Part shown: in pieces, positions 1 through 8,336 of the stretch
Numbering within the stretch: position 1 is the stretch's first letter
Layout of the letters: every line of letters starts with the position of its first letter
From: a virus
Taxonomy: Duplodnaviria; Caudoviricetes
Length of the DNA: 46,832 nt
IMG/VR virus record: IMGVR_UViG_3300020045_007640
Coordinates: 1-46,832 of that record
Direction: 5' to 3' (one strand)
Program-made: the position numbers and the translations under genes
The notes under the pieces: generated by a model
What the model was told of the DNA's origin: nothing
The model's input: only the letters and a program-made list of their open reading frames with translations
The model's database searches: none

Positions 1-77
1 AAAGAGTGCATCCGGTTTTTATTAACTTTGCATCCGTTGTAAAAATGCAAACGAAATATGACAGAATTAACTCCGGA
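1..77. repeat. 77-bp perfect inverted copy of 1331-1407
   Basis: Reverse complement of 1-77 equals 1331-1407; identity stops at CCGGA microhomology with the Gly-repeat tract. Confidence 0.95.
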
Positions 78-157
78 ACCGTCACCGTCACCGGAACCGT
101 CACCGTAACCGGAACCGTCACCGGAACCGTCACCGGAACCGTCACCGGAACGTAACC
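72..157 (-). repeat. Hexamer tandem array (GGT-TCC/GGT-GAC/GGT-TAC) encoding Gly-Ser/Asp/Tyr repeats
   Basis: Plus strand accgga/accgtc/accgta units. Confidence 0.9.
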
Positions 158-187
158 TAATTTTATAAAACTTTCTATTGCTTCCAT
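78..187 (-). CDS. Truncated N-terminus of Gly-X repeat phage protein (MEAIESFIKLGY...), one-base deletion near 151; C-terminus probably at 43855-44430
   Basis: ATG at 187 overlaps the end of the DUF6948-like gene; reads into the Gly repeat if one G is restored. Confidence 0.7.
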
Positions 188-456
188 TCTGGTTTGCTTT
201 CGATTGATGTAATAGATTTTTCAGTACACGGTAAAATCTGAATAGCGTCTGTGACTATTCCCAATTTAACTACTTGTGTTACTTTAGAAGAATCATTTAA
301 TCCATCAACACTTATTTGTTCGACGGATTTGGCACCTGAAAAATACCAGATTTTCCGAAAATCTTTAAGTTCTGCTGTTTGTCCAGAAATGGAATTTAAA
401 GTTCCAAAAAATACGCCTGAACGGTCGCAACGTACAATTACTTTTGTGTTTAACAT
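175..456 (-). CDS. DUF6948-like phage protein (start likely ATG 456, not 552)
   Basis: VIVRCDRSGVFFGTL...RKIWYFSGA motif; such genes typically precede Gly-repeat genes. Confidence 0.75.
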   Translation of the reverse strand: MLNTKVIVRCDRSGVFFGTLNSISGQTAELKDFRKIWYFSGAKSVEQISVDGLNDSSKVTQVVKLGIVTDAIQILPCTEKSITSIESKPEWKQ

Positions 457-517
457 AATATTTTTTTTGTTTTTAAAGTTAATAAAACGAGCGTTACAGT
501 CGCTCCCCTGAAATGGG

Positions 518-670
518 TTAATTATACAAATTATCGTTTTGGTGTTCTGCATATTCGGTCGCCACGTCTAAATCAGTAAACGATTTTACCATTTTGGTAT
601 CTTCGTCACAAACAAAGTCATAACTGTCAACAAAGTAAGAAGAACCGTCGAAGTAAACACAATGTAACAT
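518..670 (-). CDS. Small acidic hypothetical protein, 50 aa (MLHCVYFDGSSY...)
   Basis: Manually translated ORF downstream of the promoter at 727-734. Confidence 0.6.
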   Translation of the reverse strand: MLHCVYFDGSSYFVDSYDFVCDEDTKMVKSFTDLDVATEYAEHQNDNLYN

Positions 671-704
671 AACTAAGTGGTTTTTGCCCTGACAAGCGAG
701 CCGC

Positions 705-768
705 TTTTTTGATGATTAATAATACACAAATGTAATCCTTTTATTAATATCCTGTATCTTTTTATTAA
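705..768 (-). promoter_or_regulatory. Bacteroidota-type promoter (TACATTTG) with upstream TACAGGATAT box and AATCATCAAAAA leader
   Basis: TAnnTTTG at 734-727; same layout and spacing as 33407-33472. Confidence 0.7.
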
Positions 769-837
769 ATTATTTTTGATTATTTTTATAAAATGTGCTG
801 TTTTCCTACTAAATGATAGTTTTTAACGACTAAAAAT

Positions 838-871
838 AAAAAAGCCCGATCACAACTTTATGTAATCAGGC
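838..871 (-). terminator. Intrinsic terminator ending the lysis block
   Basis: GCCTGATTACA/TGTGATCGGGC stem followed by T run. Confidence 0.75.
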
Positions 872-901
872 AATTCCAAAACCCGAAAGGTATTTACTGT
901 T

Positions 902-1069
902 TTATACTCGCTCTTTAAAAATAGTTATTTCTTTGCATTTTACTATGCCGCTTTCAATATCTTCAAGATATTTTTCAATTTTCTGGTTATTGGAATTTAT
1001 TAAAATACCTGTCACAAAAAAACACCATAGCATTTTTAATAAATTTATAAATGGATCTGAAAATTTCAT
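902..1069 (-). CDS. Small hydrophobic protein, 55 aa (MKFSDPFINLLKMLW...)
   Basis: ATGA overlap with upstream gene; one hydrophobic stretch. Confidence 0.5.
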   Translation of the reverse strand: MKFSDPFINLLKMLWCFFVTGILINSNNQKIEKYLEDIESGIVKCKEITIFKERV

Positions 1070-1350
1070 CTGCGATTAATGTTTTCTAAAGTTCTTTTAA
1101 TATCTTCTAAAGCCGTTATGATAGTACCGTCTTTGTTTTCGTTATGATTTTTAATATCTACTAACTTTTCACATACTATGTCAATGGCTGTATGCGTTTT
1201 GTCAATAAGTTTGTCAATATAATCCTGTTTGCGCTCATTCTGTTTATAAAAATATATTATGGCTGTGATTAACATAAGTATCACAAACCCATAAAGTAAT
1301 GGTGAATATGGATTCAGGTTCATGACCTGCTCCGGAGTTAATTCTGTCAT
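1066..1350 (-). CDS. Single-TM protein with coiled-coil tail, holin-like lysis accessory
   Basis: TM LLYGFVILMLITAIIYFY; position in lysis block; TAACTTTG promoter upstream. Confidence 0.5.
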   Translation of the reverse strand: MTELTPEQVMNLNPYSPLLYGFVILMLITAIIYFYKQNERKQDYIDKLIDKTHTAIDIVCEKLVDIKNHNENKDGTIITALEDIKRTLENINRR

Positions 1351-1407
1351 ATTTCGTTTGCATTTTTACAACGGATGCAAAGTTAATAAAAACCGGATGC
1401 ACTCTTT
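1331..1407. repeat. Partner of the 1-77 inverted repeat
   Basis: Direct comparison. Confidence 0.95.
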
Positions 1408-1420
1408 ACATACATCCGGT
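1387..1420 (-). terminator. Intrinsic terminator after putative holin
   Basis: ACCGGATG/CATCCGGT stem plus T run on minus strand. Confidence 0.7.
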
Positions 1421-1443
1421 ACACACACCTAAGACCCTAATCG

Positions 1444-1701
1444 TTATTCTTTTTTCTTTTCTTCAGCTCTTTTTTCAGCTTCTAATAACTTAGTAGTATG
1501 ACTACCTTGTAATGCAGCCCAAATGAAAACAACCATCTGCAAAATCGTTTTAGCTGATTCACCTAATAATTCTTTTGCATAGTCCGTTTCCAGACCTACC
1601 ATAAGCATAGCAAGAATCATAATAATAAGTCCCGCTATTTTCGGGCTTTTGGCTTTAAATGCTTCAAATAGATTTACTAAAATCTTCGTTAAAAAGTCCA
1701 T
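1444..1701 (-). CDS. Putative holin (2 TM, charged C-terminus)
   Basis: Two hydrophobic helices, KRAEEKKKE tail, directly after endolysin. Confidence 0.6.
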   Translation of the reverse strand: MDFLTKILVNLFEAFKAKSPKIAGLIIMILAMLMVGLETDYAKELLGESAKTILQMVVFIWAALQGSHTTKLLEAEKRAEEKKKE

Positions 1702-1726
1702 GATAAATTATATTTTAAATTGTTAA

Positions 1727-2179
1727 TTAAATATTCGGCACATGGACAAAAACCACGCCCGATTTTTTTCGTTTCCTTGCCATTACTTCTCCACCGTTTG
1801 ACTGATTTGTAAGCGATGTGTTCCCTTCAATTGTGTTAAAGGTAGTTGCATCCACCCATTGCACAAAAAGCCCTGTATGGTCATATCTGCCGCCACCATT
1901 CCAATCAAATAGAACAATATCACCTATTACCGGATCGTCTGTTATCCATCCCTGTTTTTTAAAGTATGCAAACCCTGTCTGACAACCGGCAAAACCTTTT
2001 GTAAATCCAATGTTCGGAAGTTTGCAATTTGCATGATGGTAAACCCAACTGACAAATATAGCGCACCACGGAAGACCATCAAGCCCAAACCATTTGCCGT
2101 ATTTTGTCTTATTAGAGTTTTTCGGGTTCTCAACAGTTCCGATTTCTTTTTTCGCTACGTTAATTATATCTGATCTCAT
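1727..2179 (-). CDS. CHAP-domain endolysin
   Basis: PWCAIFVSW catalytic Cys, GDIVLFDW, DHTG His, TIEGNTS. Confidence 0.9.
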   Translation of the reverse strand: MRSDIINVAKKEIGTVENPKNSNKTKYGKWFGLDGLPWCAIFVSWVYHHANCKLPNIGFTKGFAGCQTGFAYFKKQGWITDDPVIGDIVLFDWNGGGRYDHTGLFVQWVDATTFNTIEGNTSLTNQSNGGEVMARKRKKSGVVFVHVPNI

Positions 2180-2424
2180 TACTTCAAAAGTTTAATTATG
2201 TATTTAATATATGGCCATGCAATTATTAGAAATTGAATAAACGCCTTTGCAAGTCTGTAAATTCTGCCTAATTGATGCCATTTAAGCGGCTGTACGTCTT
2301 CTTTGCCCTGAAATAGGTCATTCTCTATTGCTTCAAGTATTGCGGCCGCCTGTGATTGCGCTAAGTTGTCAGGTTCGGTATTTCTTACCGTGTCCTGAAA
2401 GTTTGTTAGGTTTAGTGATGCCAT
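2179..2424 (-). CDS. Hypothetical protein with hydrophobic C-terminus
   Basis: ORF coupled by TAATG overlaps. Confidence 0.6.
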   Translation of the reverse strand: MASLNLTNFQDTVRNTEPDNLAQSQAAAILEAIENDLFQGKEDVQPLKWHQLGRIYRLAKAFIQFLIIAWPYIKYIIKLLK

Positions 2425-2735
2425 TACTTATCCTGTTTTGTGTATTTACTATAATTATTATGGTATCTGTTTTCTTTTTCATCTTCTACTATATTTCTTG
2501 TTTTGTGTATATCAATGTTTCCCCACTTTATAAGCTGGCTGCCTATTTCGTAAAGCGTATTACCTACCATTGGATGATGAATGTCTTTATTAAAATAACT
2601 CGCACCATAAGTTAATTGACTTCCAATGTTTTTAAGCGTTGCGATTGTTGCTTTTATATACCCTGTATCATAATACCACCATCTTGTTAATATGTACGTC
2701 ACAATGATTGTAAAAATATAATATACGTGTACCAT
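2424..2735 (-). CDS. N-terminal TM protein, paralog of 18708-19022
   Basis: Shared FNKDIHxPMVGNxxYEIG motif. Confidence 0.75.
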   Translation of the reverse strand: MVHVYYIFTIIVTYILTRWWYYDTGYIKATIATLKNIGSQLTYGASYFNKDIHHPMVGNTLYEIGSQLIKWGNIDIHKTRNIVEDEKENRYHNNYSKYTKQDK

Positions 2736-2737
2736 TA

Positions 2738-3397
2738 TTATAAATGTTGAAGTCTGAAAATAGTATTCGGATTCAGTTTGCTCGGAATAAAAACCTTATA
2801 AGTATTCATTCCGTGTGTTGATATTTCGTATTCATACATTACTTTATACCTTAACCATAAAAAATCATAATATACCATTAACACAAACTGTCTTTTTAAG
2901 GTAAGATAATTACCAACGTTTGGCACAATGTTGATTCCCGATGGTGTTTCTGTCCATGTATCGGGGCCGTTTTCAGTGAAATTATCTACAAGTAATTTTG
3001 TCGTACCATCATCAAATGTAAATTCTATATTATACACTCCATAAATAACAGATGGATTGCCAATACCAACTAATTCGGATTTTGTCCGTTTAAATGTTGT
3101 TTTAAAGATGGTATCCTTATTAAAGCCCGTTTGGGTATGAATCCAACCGGTATCCGATGCAAGTTGATTGTTTTCCTGAATATACTTATTTCGGTCGAAA
3201 GTTTCACGCCTTACGCCCGCCCTGCTTCCATCAAGCCATTTGATTTCAATAAATGGTAAATCTTCGATGTAGGTCGCATAATCGACCTGGCGTTGTTCCT
3301 GTGGCTTTATTTCATCTTCTTTTGAACAATTAAACATTGCAATTAGTAAGCAACAACAAAATAATACTTGAATTAATGAATGTGATAAAGGTTTCAT
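2738..3397 (-). CDS. Lipoprotein
   Basis: Signal ending AMFN-C followed by SKEDE. Confidence 0.7.
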   Translation of the reverse strand: MKPLSHSLIQVLFCCCLLIAMFNCSKEDEIKPQEQRQVDYATYIEDLPFIEIKWLDGSRAGVRRETFDRNKYIQENNQLASDTGWIHTQTGFNKDTIFKTTFKRTKSELVGIGNPSVIYGVYNIEFTFDDGTTKLLVDNFTENGPDTWTETPSGINIVPNVGNYLTLKRQFVLMVYYDFLWLRYKVMYEYEISTHGMNTYKVFIPSKLNPNTIFRLQHL

Positions 3398-3426
3398 GAT
3401 GTGTTATTTTAAAAGGTTTGATAAAA

Positions 3427-3780
3427 TTATTTCTTTTTCCAAATTATCTCCCGATATTCTTTACCGGGTTCTGTGAATGACTTATTGCACCGCATACAAT
3501 ATGAAGTAGTACTATTACATGCGGGGTGTACTATTTCAGAATAATTTTCATGATCTACAATATAACTCGGACAATAAAGTAAAGTAGTTGATCCGCTGCC
3601 ACTCATTACATGACCACGTTCTCGACAAATACTGGTGTCAGCCGTTATTACAAGATTTGTTCCATGATGTTCAAGTAAAATATTATTCGATCCTGATATT
3701 TGCATACCGCTATTACTAATGCCAATGTTACTTTGTGCAATTCCGCAAAAACTAAATAGAATAAAAATTAATGTTTTCAT
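3427..3780 (-). CDS. Secreted Cys-containing protein
   Basis: Short signal MKTLIFILFSFCGIA-Q. Confidence 0.6.
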   Translation of the reverse strand: MKTLIFILFSFCGIAQSNIGISNSGMQISGSNNILLEHHGTNLVITADTSICRERGHVMSGSGSTTLLYCPSYIVDHENYSEIVHPACNSTTSYCMRCNKSFTEPGKEYREIIWKKK

Positions 3781-3920
3781 TCTGTTGATTTTAGCGTTTC
3801 TTTGAAATTCTCAACATCGGCATGACAAACGATTTTCTGGTTTATTTTGCGAATGCTTTTCTTTCTTTCATCGGATAATAGATAATTACCAAATTGAGTT
3901 AATTGATCTTCTGTGTACAT
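3777..3920 (-). CDS. Small protein, 47 aa (MYTEDQLTQFGNYLLS...)
   Basis: Manually translated; ATGA overlap with downstream gene. Confidence 0.6.
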   Translation of the reverse strand: MYTEDQLTQFGNYLLSDERKKSIRKINQKIVCHADVENFKETLKSTE

Positions 3921-3945
3921 GATTTATGATTTAAGTGTGAAATAA

Positions 3946-4302
3946 TTAAGGTCGGATTGCCCAAAGTTTTTGAAGCAAATTGGTAGTATTTAACCATTGA
4001 GTATTGATTTCTCTAAACCTTACAAAATAGGCTTCTAATTGACTTTTGTAGTTGATTGAATCTATTTGATAAAGCGCTATAAGCGAATCAACATAATCAG
4101 GAAAATAACTTTCTGCAATGGTGTCAAGTTCAAAAAACCATTTTTCAGCAACGTTTTTGTATCTGGTGTCGATCTTGTTTGTTGATCCTAAATCGGTCAC
4201 TGTAATGGCTGACCAACTTTTTACATCGTTTACAACTGTTGTGTCTTCTCTTTGTGCTGTCAAAGAAAAAGAGAATAATAGTAAAATAAATATCTGTTTC
4301 AT
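3946..4302 (-). CDS. Secreted protein
   Basis: Signal MKQIFILLLFSFSLTA-Q. Confidence 0.7.
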   Translation of the reverse strand: MKQIFILLLFSFSLTAQREDTTVVNDVKSWSAITVTDLGSTNKIDTRYKNVAEKWFFELDTIAESYFPDYVDSLIALYQIDSINYKSQLEAYFVRFREINTQWLNTTNLLQKLWAIRP

Positions 4303-4307
4303 GTTTT

Positions 4308-4817
4308 TTATTTATAAGTGAAAATCTTAATATAACAATCTTTTAAAACTTCATCCCGATCATCAGGGTGTCTATAAGTATAAATTCCTAATGTACTTGA
4401 ATCTAACCAATCATATTGAACAACATAATTAAGTTGATCGCTTGGTACTTGATTTGATAAAATTACAAAGGTTTTATTTTCCGTAAACTTACTTGATGAT
4501 GTAATCGTATAACGTCCTGTTGTGTTATATGCCAGTGTAAATTCTTCGCCGTATGTATTTTTTAAGACCGTTTCAACAGGTGCATCCGTTCCCGTTTGGG
4601 TTAGTGACGCTTCCCAAATATAAGGCACATTTGTTGTTGTGGAATCCTGAAAAACATCTTCCCATGTTGTGCCATCATCTGAAACATAAGCCCTTATAAT
4701 GTAGGTCGTATCTGTGACACTTAACCGGTTTGTCGTTTCATGTCTTTCAATATTGAATCTTTGCGAAAAGCCCGAAAGACTAATTAAAATGAATGCGAAA
4801 ATTAATATATGTTTCAT
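4308..4817 (-). CDS. Secreted protein with phage fibre-tip-like beta domain
   Basis: Signal ...LSGFS-Q; ASLTQTGTDAPVETVLKNT...GRYTITSSSKFTENKT resembles C-termini of Bacteroidota phage fibre proteins. Confidence 0.6.
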   Translation of the reverse strand: MKHILIFAFILISLSGFSQRFNIERHETTNRLSVTDTTYIIRAYVSDDGTTWEDVFQDSTTTNVPYIWEASLTQTGTDAPVETVLKNTYGEEFTLAYNTTGRYTITSSSKFTENKTFVILSNQVPSDQLNYVVQYDWLDSSTLGIYTYRHPDDRDEVLKDCYIKIFTYK

Positions 4818-4822
4818 CTGTT

Positions 4823-7800
4823 TTATTTTACTCTTTTAACTGATAAATTAGCGTTATAAATGTTTATTGTTGCCCCGGAAGTTCCGCCTGTGTTTTGGTA
4901 TTTTAATTCTATGTAATCGGATGCGGTAAGGTCAACTATTATGTTTCTTGAAATTGCCGTTAAGTTTGCAACGGTATTATCTGCATTTCTTGACCTTACC
5001 TGGCCGTGATAACCTAAACTTGAACCATTTTTGTAAAGTTCTGTATATTGCGATTGAGTATATTGACCGCCCCCATCAATAGGATATTGAAAAGTCATAG
5101 AGTAAGATATTTCATAAGTCCCGGTACTTGGTACGGTAATTCTTTCTGTTGATGCGTCGGCATCTACTATATTTTCATACACCTGCGAAAACGTTATAGT
5201 TCTGAAAGTAGCATCAAAAGTCAATCCTGTTAAATTTCCGGTATTATAAAGTTCTCCGTATTCTACTTCGTTGTTTATTGTGTAAGTTGGTGCCGTTGCT
5301 CCGCCTGTAAGATTTGATGTTCCGTTTGTGCCTGCTACAATATTAAACAAACTGCCTGACTGTATTTCAAATAATTGTGAATCTGAATCGTCATCGCTTA
5401 ACGAATATGCCGGATATGACCATGTCCATGCCGTTCCCGATCCTGTTGACTGAATATATTGACCACTTGCACCACTTGTTGCCGTACTTGAATAAGTACG
5501 ATCTCTAAACCTTACATTTGCATTTACGTCCAATGATTGTGAAGGTGTTGTGGTGTTTATTCCTAACCTGTCATTTGTGTTATCCCAATACATGTTAGCA
5601 TCTGAACTTATTGAAGTTCCGGAATCCCAAAACGCTACTCTTGTAGCTGTACCTGTTCCGGTTACTAAACCCAAATTTGATGAACTTCGCCACGCTACCG
5701 TATTACTTGCACTTTTGGCAAAGATATTATTTGCTGCACCTCCTGAACTTGCATCATCTACAATTGTACTTCCGTTGTCTAAATAAATAGACTTTGCATC
5801 CAAATGAAGTGCAAACAAAGGATCAGCTACATTAAAACCTAAACCATCTGAATCATATTTTATATTCGTATCGTCTATGTTAGTTGAAGATGTCCAATAA
5901 GTCATATAATTAGCGGCTCCTGTTCCTGTTACCGTCCCCGCTGTTGGTGTTATCCAATCCGTTGCTGCTCCGGTTGTACTCAAAACCTGACCAGAACTAC
6001 CTAAATCATTATTTGAATCATAAAACCCACCTGTTAACCTTTGCGATCCTGTTACATGCAATGTTGCCGAAAGTGACGCAAAAGCCGTATTTATCCCGAA
6101 TCTATTTGTACTCTGATTTGCTTTTACAAGTTCCCCAATAAAGATACCGTTTGACCCTGTTTCTAAATAACCCGCCAATGCTCCCAAAAAGATATTATTT
6201 GACCCTAATGCAGATTTACCCGCCCAACGTCCTACTGCTACATTACCAGCTCCTGAAACTAAAGAATTAAGAGATTGCTCACCTATCTCAACGTTATCAT
6301 AACATGACGTACATTGAAACATCGCATAATTCCCGATCGCTCCGTTGTTAATGCCTGTTGTAAGTGAGTAAAGAGTTTGAAAAGCAATACCAAAGTTGTT
6401 AGTTCCCCCTGATCCTGTTGATCCTGCAGAACGTAAAACGTCTTTACCAATGGCTGTGTTGTTTGTGCCGTTTACGTGTCCTGCACCCGTTCCTATGCTT
6501 ATCCCATTGGAAGGAAACGCACTCCCTAAACCTAATCGTAACCCTACTGAATTTTCATCATAAGGTAAATTAAAAGTATGTGTACTTCCTGAACTACTTA
6601 TAGTGAATCCTGTACTTGCTGTTGATGTGGCAAAAGTTTGAGTAGCGTTTGTAAGTCCATTTAATGACCCTAATTTACTGTTGAATGTAGTCCAATTTGC
6701 AGCCGTTAATAACCCCCTGTTTGATGCACTTGCGCTTGGAAGGTTTAAAGTGATTGTTCCGGATGTCGTAATAGGTGACCCTGAAATATTTACATCCGTT
6801 CCGCTTGTTCCTGTTGTTAATCCTACACTTGTGACCGTGCCTGTTGGTATTGTTTGCCTACCTATTGCCCCCGCTGCTGTTATGGTCATCATGTCCGTTA
6901 CTGATCCGGTAAGCCACGGAAAATAAAACGAATTAATTGCCGTACTTGTTGCATTTCTTAATATCTCAAAAGCATTTGCACCGTTTGAGTTATTATCTAA
7001 TTTCGTACCTAAAACAAAACCGTTATTTAATAGACCTGTTCCTGTACCCATAAACCATTGCTTCTCATTTGTTCCCTCTCCTGTGTCAGTAAACCATAAT
7101 GCTGTATTTGTACTTGCTGATAAATGTAGTTTGCCCGCCGGTGACGTTGTGCCTATCCCTATGCTCGTGCCATCGTTCCAAAGCGAAGACGTTGCTACTA
7201 ATGTGTTTGTTCCTGAAAAACGTGTCGTTTGGCTTGTTGTGCCTGTGATTAAATCCTGTTTTAAAGTCAGATCATAAGGTGTTGCAACTTCCAAACTATC
7301 TGCGCTTACAGTCCATGTGTTTACAGGACTTTCCGCTACATTAATACCCCAACCATCATCTACAATTGTGCTGTCAATGCCACTTATAATAGTTTGCAAA
7401 CTGTCATGAATCAAATCCATTACATAAACCGAATCAATGTCAATCTTAACCCTATCTAAAAATAAATCTGTCATAATTATACCACGTCCGCCCCTTATCT
7501 CCATGTCTTCGGCTAATGTGTTTGAGTTTAAAATTATATAATTGCCGGTTGTACTTATAGACAAATCTCCTTCGTTACCCACCTGAGTATCATCACTCAT
7601 TACGTTCCAATATGAACCATTCCAAACCCTTAAATCACCCCCAACAGTTGACCAAATATCATGTACCTGTGGATTAGGCACGTCCGAATAAGACGGATAT
7701 TCAATGTCTGTATAAACTCTTGTTTTATAGGCAAAACCATCACCATCTCTTAAAACTATCAGACTATCCCCCTGCAAATAAATAGAATCCACTCCGTCGG

Positions 7801-8185
7801 TATCTTTGAATTTTATACTATTACCCCCTGCAATAGTTATCGTAAAAACCCTATCCAATGAATCTATACTTAAATTTTGATTGTCGGTATTATCTAAATA
7901 CGGAACTAAACTTACAGTTCCGTCACCATCTCTTAAATAAATAGTGTTGCCTGTACGGTAAATTGAATCTGGATTTGTAATAAAACCATCAAAGTAAGTT
8001 GTATCAACGTGCTGATATAACCAAATTGAATCCGCTAAGTTTTCATCCCATACTTTATATGTTGCTCTTAAAAATCCATTTTCGTATGTACTGCCTTGTA
8101 TTGATGTCGGGTCAATTCCCTGACTTTTCGCACCTGCAAAAATGAATAAAAACCAAATTATTAAGATATATTTAAAATGTGTCAT
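4823..8185 (-). CDS. Tail-fibre/adhesin-like protein, 1120 aa, with signal peptide and C1q/TNF-like C-terminal domain
   Basis: Signal ...FAGAKS-Q; GIGTTSP/GINTTTP repeats, GTVTSV motif, N-x-A-I-G beta-roll repeats, C-terminal GTYEISY...VDLTASDYIEL. Confidence 0.7.
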   Translation of the reverse strand: MTHFKYILIIWFLFIFAGAKSQGIDPTSIQGSTYENGFLRATYKVWDENLADSIWLYQHVDTTYFDGFITNPDSIYRTGNTIYLRDGDGTVSLVPYLDNTDNQNLSIDSLDRVFTITIAGGNSIKFKDTDGVDSIYLQGDSLIVLRDGDGFAYKTRVYTDIEYPSYSDVPNPQVHDIWSTVGGDLRVWNGSYWNVMSDDTQVGNEGDLSISTTGNYIILNSNTLAEDMEIRGGRGIIMTDLFLDRVKIDIDSVYVMDLIHDSLQTIISGIDSTIVDDGWGINVAESPVNTWTVSADSLEVATPYDLTLKQDLITGTTSQTTRFSGTNTLVATSSLWNDGTSIGIGTTSPAGKLHLSASTNTALWFTDTGEGTNEKQWFMGTGTGLLNNGFVLGTKLDNNSNGANAFEILRNATSTAINSFYFPWLTGSVTDMMTITAAGAIGRQTIPTGTVTSVGLTTGTSGTDVNISGSPITTSGTITLNLPSASASNRGLLTAANWTTFNSKLGSLNGLTNATQTFATSTASTGFTISSSGSTHTFNLPYDENSVGLRLGLGSAFPSNGISIGTGAGHVNGTNNTAIGKDVLRSAGSTGSGGTNNFGIAFQTLYSLTTGINNGAIGNYAMFQCTSCYDNVEIGEQSLNSLVSGAGNVAVGRWAGKSALGSNNIFLGALAGYLETGSNGIFIGELVKANQSTNRFGINTAFASLSATLHVTGSQRLTGGFYDSNNDLGSSGQVLSTTGAATDWITPTAGTVTGTGAANYMTYWTSSTNIDDTNIKYDSDGLGFNVADPLFALHLDAKSIYLDNGSTIVDDASSGGAANNIFAKSASNTVAWRSSSNLGLVTGTGTATRVAFWDSGTSISSDANMYWDNTNDRLGINTTTPSQSLDVNANVRFRDRTYSSTATSGASGQYIQSTGSGTAWTWSYPAYSLSDDDSDSQLFEIQSGSLFNIVAGTNGTSNLTGGATAPTYTINNEVEYGELYNTGNLTGLTFDATFRTITFSQVYENIVDADASTERITVPSTGTYEISYSMTFQYPIDGGGQYTQSQYTELYKNGSSLGYHGQVRSRNADNTVANLTAISRNIIVDLTASDYIELKYQNTGGTSGATINIYNANLSVKRVK

Positions 8186-8336
8186 AAATGTGTTTAATTA
8201 ATCGCAATGGCCATAAAATAAGCAATACTACAAAAGCTAAAACAAAATTCCAAAATCCTTTATTACTCGGATATTGATACAAAAAGTCTACCGAATAAAT
8301 CAAACTACAAAACAAAGATATATAAAAATATGTCAT
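8172..8336 (-). CDS. Small two-TM membrane protein, 54 aa (MTYFYISLFC...)
   Basis: Manually translated; overlaps both neighbours. Confidence 0.55.
   Translation of the reverse strand: MTYFYISLFCSLIYSVDFLYQYPSNKGFWNFVLAFVVLLILWPLRLIKHIYDTF

Noticed and set aside
58-108. Plus-strand mini-ORF MTELTPEPSPSPEPSP
   Set aside because: Product of the suspected chimeric junction
8313-8320. TATCTTTG as a promoter for the fibre gene
   Set aside because: Lies inside a plausible small CDS, and the 8-mer is common in AT-rich DNA
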